DNA of 64,000 nucleotides from a virus: the IMG/VR virus record IMGVR_UViG_3300027782_000054, positions 1-64,000 of that record. One strand, written 5' to 3'. The notes beneath the pieces are model-generated. The model was not told the DNA's origin and made no database searches. It saw only the letters and a program-made list of their open reading frames with translations. Both the position numbers and the translations under genes were made by a program. Numbering within the stretch: position 1 is the first letter of the stretch; the number at the start of each line of letters is the position of its first letter. Positions 62,201 through 64,000 of the stretch are shown in pieces.

Positions 62201-64000
62201 AACTATCAATAAGTTTGTTATTGCGACCCAAGGAACATTTGCATCAATTGTTAAGAATGTCTCTCTAACAATTCTTGCATCAGTTAACACAGTCACCGAT
62301 ACTATTAGAGATATCGTCGCTCATCTCAAGACCATTGCCGTAAGCGTAGCTAATACAGCGAATCTTAGCAAGGAAATTCTATTCACTAGATTTGCGTCAC
62401 AAGTTAATACAATCAATTCTTCCAAGATTGTATCTAAGTACCTCCAGCTTTCACAGACAACAGTCTATGTCTTTACGAGAGGTTTCCAGTTATTCATTAG
62501 CAAGTTCATAGTGGCGATACAAGCTGTAGTTGTAAGAAGAGCCATTGCAGAGCTTAAAACAATCACGGCTTCAGTATTTAATACTGCTTCTATCATAAAA
62601 TCAATTGCATTTAATCGTAACGCAAGTCAATCCTCTACGATTGCTCCTCAAAAGTTTATTTCTAAAGCCACTTCATTTACTCAGGCTATGGCATATGGGT
62701 TCACTAGAGGATTCCAGATGTTCATTGGTAAGCTTGTAGTAGGGGTTCAACCAATTGTTGCTAAGCTAGCAATCTCTGAACTTAAAGCAATTACCGCAGC
62801 TGTAGCTAATTCAATTAATCTAACTAAGGATATCCTGTTCAGTAGATTCATTAGCCAATCCTCTAACCTAAAGAGATTCAATGCCATAGACAGAGCGATT
62901 GCTATTGCTCAAGGCGCAGCCTATGGGGTTACCAGGGGATTCCAGATGTTAGTTGGTAAGTTCGTTATCGCAACGCAGATGTCAGTTGCTAGAAAGACTA
63001 TCTCTGATATCAAGACCATTGCTCTTACGGTTAGCAGTAATACAAAGATTGCCAGGGATATCGTGTTCAATAGAGCAATTATCAATAACACACAAGTAAC
63101 TGTTACTAAGAGCATAAATAAGGCAATTAGCATCGCTCAAGGCATCTCTGCATCAATTGTTAAGTACATTTCACTAACCATTATTGGGTCTGTGAATACA
63201 GTCGTAACTGTGAATAGAGCAAGCATCGCACACATAAAGGCAGTATCTGCTTCTGTATCCAGCACAGTCAATCTTACAAAGAGTATTCTATTCAATAGGG
63301 CTATTGGACAATCAGTAATTGTTAACCTCACTAAGGTTGTATCTAAGACAATCACGTTTGCACAAACAGCTGCCTACAGCTTTACGAAGGGCTTCCAAAT
63401 GTTTGTTGCTAAGTTCGTAGTAGCAACTCAAATGACTGTTTCAAAGCTCACAGTAGCAGAACTAAAAACAATTTCAGCAACAGTTGCTAACTCTATATCT
63501 CTAAATAAACTTATTTCATTCAATAGAGAAATATCTCAAGCTTCTTCAGCAACCTTATCTAAGGCTATTTCCAAGCTCATCGTATTAGTCCAAACAATGT
63601 CATATGGCACAGTTAAGGCTGTAGGAATACTCGTTGGTCGTATACTTACTGTCACACAATCATCTGTTGTCAGGAAGACAATTGCAGATCTTAAGACAAT
63701 AAGTACAACAGTCGCAAGCTCTGTATCACTAGCCAAGGTCGTTGAGCTTAGACGCCTTGTGGCTCAGTTGTCAAGTCTATCTCTATCAAGAACTATAGCT
63801 CAATTCATCTCTGTATCACAACAGACTGCCTATTCACTTGCCAAGGGCTTCCAAATGTTCGTAGGTAAGATCATAATTGAAATACAAGCATCTATGGTCA
63901 GGCTCACAGGTCAAGAGCTAAAGACAATTGCTACTACCGTTGCTAACTCTGTGAGACTTTCTAAGCGTATCTCATTCAAGAGATTCGCAGTTGTTATCGA
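56235..64000 (+). CDS. Giant repeat protein, >2,588 aa, 3'-truncated by window (absent from ORF track)
   Basis: Starts MEFYPLGDDSLG. The same frame reads SKRISFKRFAVVI at the window end. The ORF track lists no closed ORF in this frame, consistent with no stop. Hierarchical repeats. Confidence 0.88.
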   Translation, partial: MEFYPLGDDSLGTDGSVQHDIPLETSVSTSVRENKKAYVLLVSATQNVLSFLYILKAVILAASILTSIPNAIGKAIAKRIPFIQSPSFAFSHAIQLFIGKITALTQSSLATTIVHELKTIAIIVADSANLTKNILFNRLVSQSANIARTNAIAKTILATQGLFIAVIKAIALTIASSVTTTVNVAKDHIQHLKAIAASVLGTASLLKNIGFNRSASQSSNLSRNNLISRTISAAQSASFGLGRGIQFFIGKFVVATQSSVVTKTVKDLKTIAASVVASASISKAISFARSITQSSNLSAAKAFSQLISVVQSTNYALAKGFQMLVGKFVIFTQASVIRKAVKELKTISAIVADSVNIAKLISFKRLAGAVNSGFLAKETSLVRRVTQSSSYGFTRGFRMAIGKFIVSTVGSVIRKTVQELKTISATVSDSVTLSKAKSLTLAILQSSSLSPTKAIGKFVSASQGAAYGFTKGFQMVVGKIIIATDASVVRKAVQELKTISATALSSVSVLKNILFNRTASQSATSTLTKFISKTIIVSQSIVAYITKAINKLIQGINVATQVSVNSDIILHLKAISVAVANSASLMKAILFNRLATQSESLAQNKFIAKTTSSIQSLSYGFVKGFQMVVGKIIVDAQASVIRRTVQELKFISAAVANSATIAKSVLFNRIATQSSTVFIAKAISKTIAFAQSLIFVFTRGMQLFVSKTIVDVSASVVRRSISELKAISATVSNSVNLMKSVLFNRIIVQSSTSRLTKAISRFVDFAQAATVALTNNRAIYQTISTQVSSSIARIIDVSKGVASSVATYSMPFKAITLDIAKIISASVVTVAKDNIREFKMIAISVANSVSIAKAIVFNRFVNQSSSLTRNVAINKAVSISQSIAFTFAKGVQIAVGKIIVAIQASVARMTVQELKAIAASVSNSVSVAKSTVYAIQLLQSSSLNLTKFISKAVSAGQAIFFVFAKGVQILVGKTIVASVGSVARKTVQELKAITATVGNSVTLSKAKSLTLTVLQSSTLGPVKAITKFVSAAQGALYGFTKGFQMVVGKVIVSIQASMVKKSIAELKAIAASVANSVNITKNIFFNRAFNQVTSVARTNAIHKNISAIQGSLVAIAKLVALTLSASVNTIATVTKTHIAHLRTISVSVFNAATLVKNISFNRISSQSATLIRGKAISRAVSIAQSTFYVFSKGVQIFVSKFIVDTQASVVRRAVKEIKTISATVSNSVSIAKSILFNRSISQASNLSSHKSTNKFVNAVQSSYFVFSRGVQLFISKFIVASVVSVAKVAVAEIKAISASVSSSVNLTKAISFSRFITQSNNLQHNKTISKAIDVVQSSFFALAKGFEMIVGKIVVVIQSSVIRRTVSELKTISASVANSINLLKLISFSRNVNQSSVPGFTKGFQMFISKFIVETQATVVKRAAEEFKIISATVSSSVSLAKEILFNRSLIQGSSSTIAKAISKFIYASQSTSVNIAKRISLVIKASVSTIVTLIKTHVAHLRTIAVAVSNPTSLIKAVQQHKPTLVASNFVFNKFIGTALSVTQGALYGFTKGFQMFISKIIVDTQSSLVRRSIREIKTISLAVMSSANVAKNILFTRLTTQSSIVSLNKVVSLTIAFVQNTAYTFLKGFQMLVGKFIVATQIAVARKAIAEIKAISAIVSNSASIAKAILFSRNATQSSSSEIAKAISKIVHFIQSASYSIRRNVYLTISSVVNVSVTLSKMGVAHLRTISVSVSNSATLIKDLVFNRSASQASVLNPAKFISKTTSLAQSMAYGFTKGFQMVVGKIISATQIAVARKTVQELKAITFAAASNVNITKAIFLSTLVTQNISATITKLIGKTLEAIQSAVATLAKNISLTIRSIVTTVVTVTKTHIAHLRTILATVGSPASLVKAVQQHKVVTTPLSFTFVKHIRETLYASQGAVYGFIKGFQMVVGKILSSTQITLARTTIAELKTISLTVANTANLNKAIAFSRVVAQSSTVALFKTINKFVIATQGTFASIVKNVSLTILASVNTVTDTIRDIVAHLKTIAVSVANTANLSKEILFTRFASQVNTINSSKIVSKYLQLSQTTVYVFTRGFQLFISKFIVAIQAVVVRRAIAELKTITASVFNTASIIKSIAFNRNASQSSTIAPQKFISKATSFTQAMAYGFTRGFQMFIGKLVVGVQPIVAKLAISELKAITAAVANSINLTKDILFSRFISQSSNLKRFNAIDRAIAIAQGAAYGVTRGFQMLVGKFVIATQMSVARKTISDIKTIALTVSSNTKIARDIVFNRAIINNTQVTVTKSINKAISIAQGISASIVKYISLTIIGSVNTVVTVNRASIAHIKAVSASVSSTVNLTKSILFNRAIGQSVIVNLTKVVSKTITFAQTAAYSFTKGFQMFVAKFVVATQMTVSKLTVAELKTISATVANSISLNKLISFNREISQASSATLSKAISKLIVLVQTMSYGTVKAVGILVGRILTVTQSSVVRKTIADLKTISTTVASSVSLAKVVELRRLVAQLSSLSLSRTIAQFISVSQQTAYSLAKGFQMFVGKIIIEIQASMVRLTGQELKTIATTVANSVRLSKRISFKRFAVVI
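56480..64000 (+). repeat. Degenerate coding tandem repeat: 18-20 aa subunits, ~76 aa (228 nt) and ~151 aa (453 nt) super-repeats
   Basis: (K/R)G(F/M/V)(Q/R) anchors at 57189, 57417, 57645, 58101, 58329, 58899, 59127, 59355, 59808 etc. Confidence 0.85.

Noticed and set aside
56782-63736. Short ORFs listed in the track over the last 7 kb
   Set aside because: Shadows of the single giant plus-strand ORF starting at 56235.

Overview
A 64-kb slice of a large, fairly AT-rich tailed dsDNA phage genome. A high-GC actinobacterial host is suggested by inference only (many leaderless genes, tRNAs that read mostly A-ending codons, CCA-less tRNAs). Layout: (i) 0.7-8.2 kb, minus-strand block with 8 CCA-less tRNA genes and two orphan tRNA halves, interleaved with a CCA-type nucleotidyltransferase, an HNH nuclease, MazG, a CHAP endolysin and a MoxR-AAA/VWA-metallopeptidase pair; (ii) 8.4-23 kb, replication/recombination block (class II RNR, DnaC-like loader, DnaB, primase, SSB, DnaE, RecA, resolvases, sigma-like HTH); (iii) 23-32 kb, terminase, acidic head-associated proteins (with a probable A9 -1 frameshift) and portal; (iv) 32-38 kb, nucleotide metabolism (exonuclease, dNMP kinase, HAD nucleotidase, IMPDH/GMPR, ThyX); (v) 38-64 kb, a large virion-appendage locus. 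That locus holds small beta-rich proteins, two Gly-X-Thr collagen-like fibres, eight paralogous ~250-265 aa cassette proteins in two N-terminal classes, a GT4 glycosyltransferase, and a >2,588-aa repeat protein missed by the ORF track because it runs off the window. Best novelty candidates: the modular fibre system, tRNA-punctuated leaderless translation, an HNH-linked tRNA replacement cassette and the head-protein frameshift. All family calls come from motif recognition by eye, without database searches.
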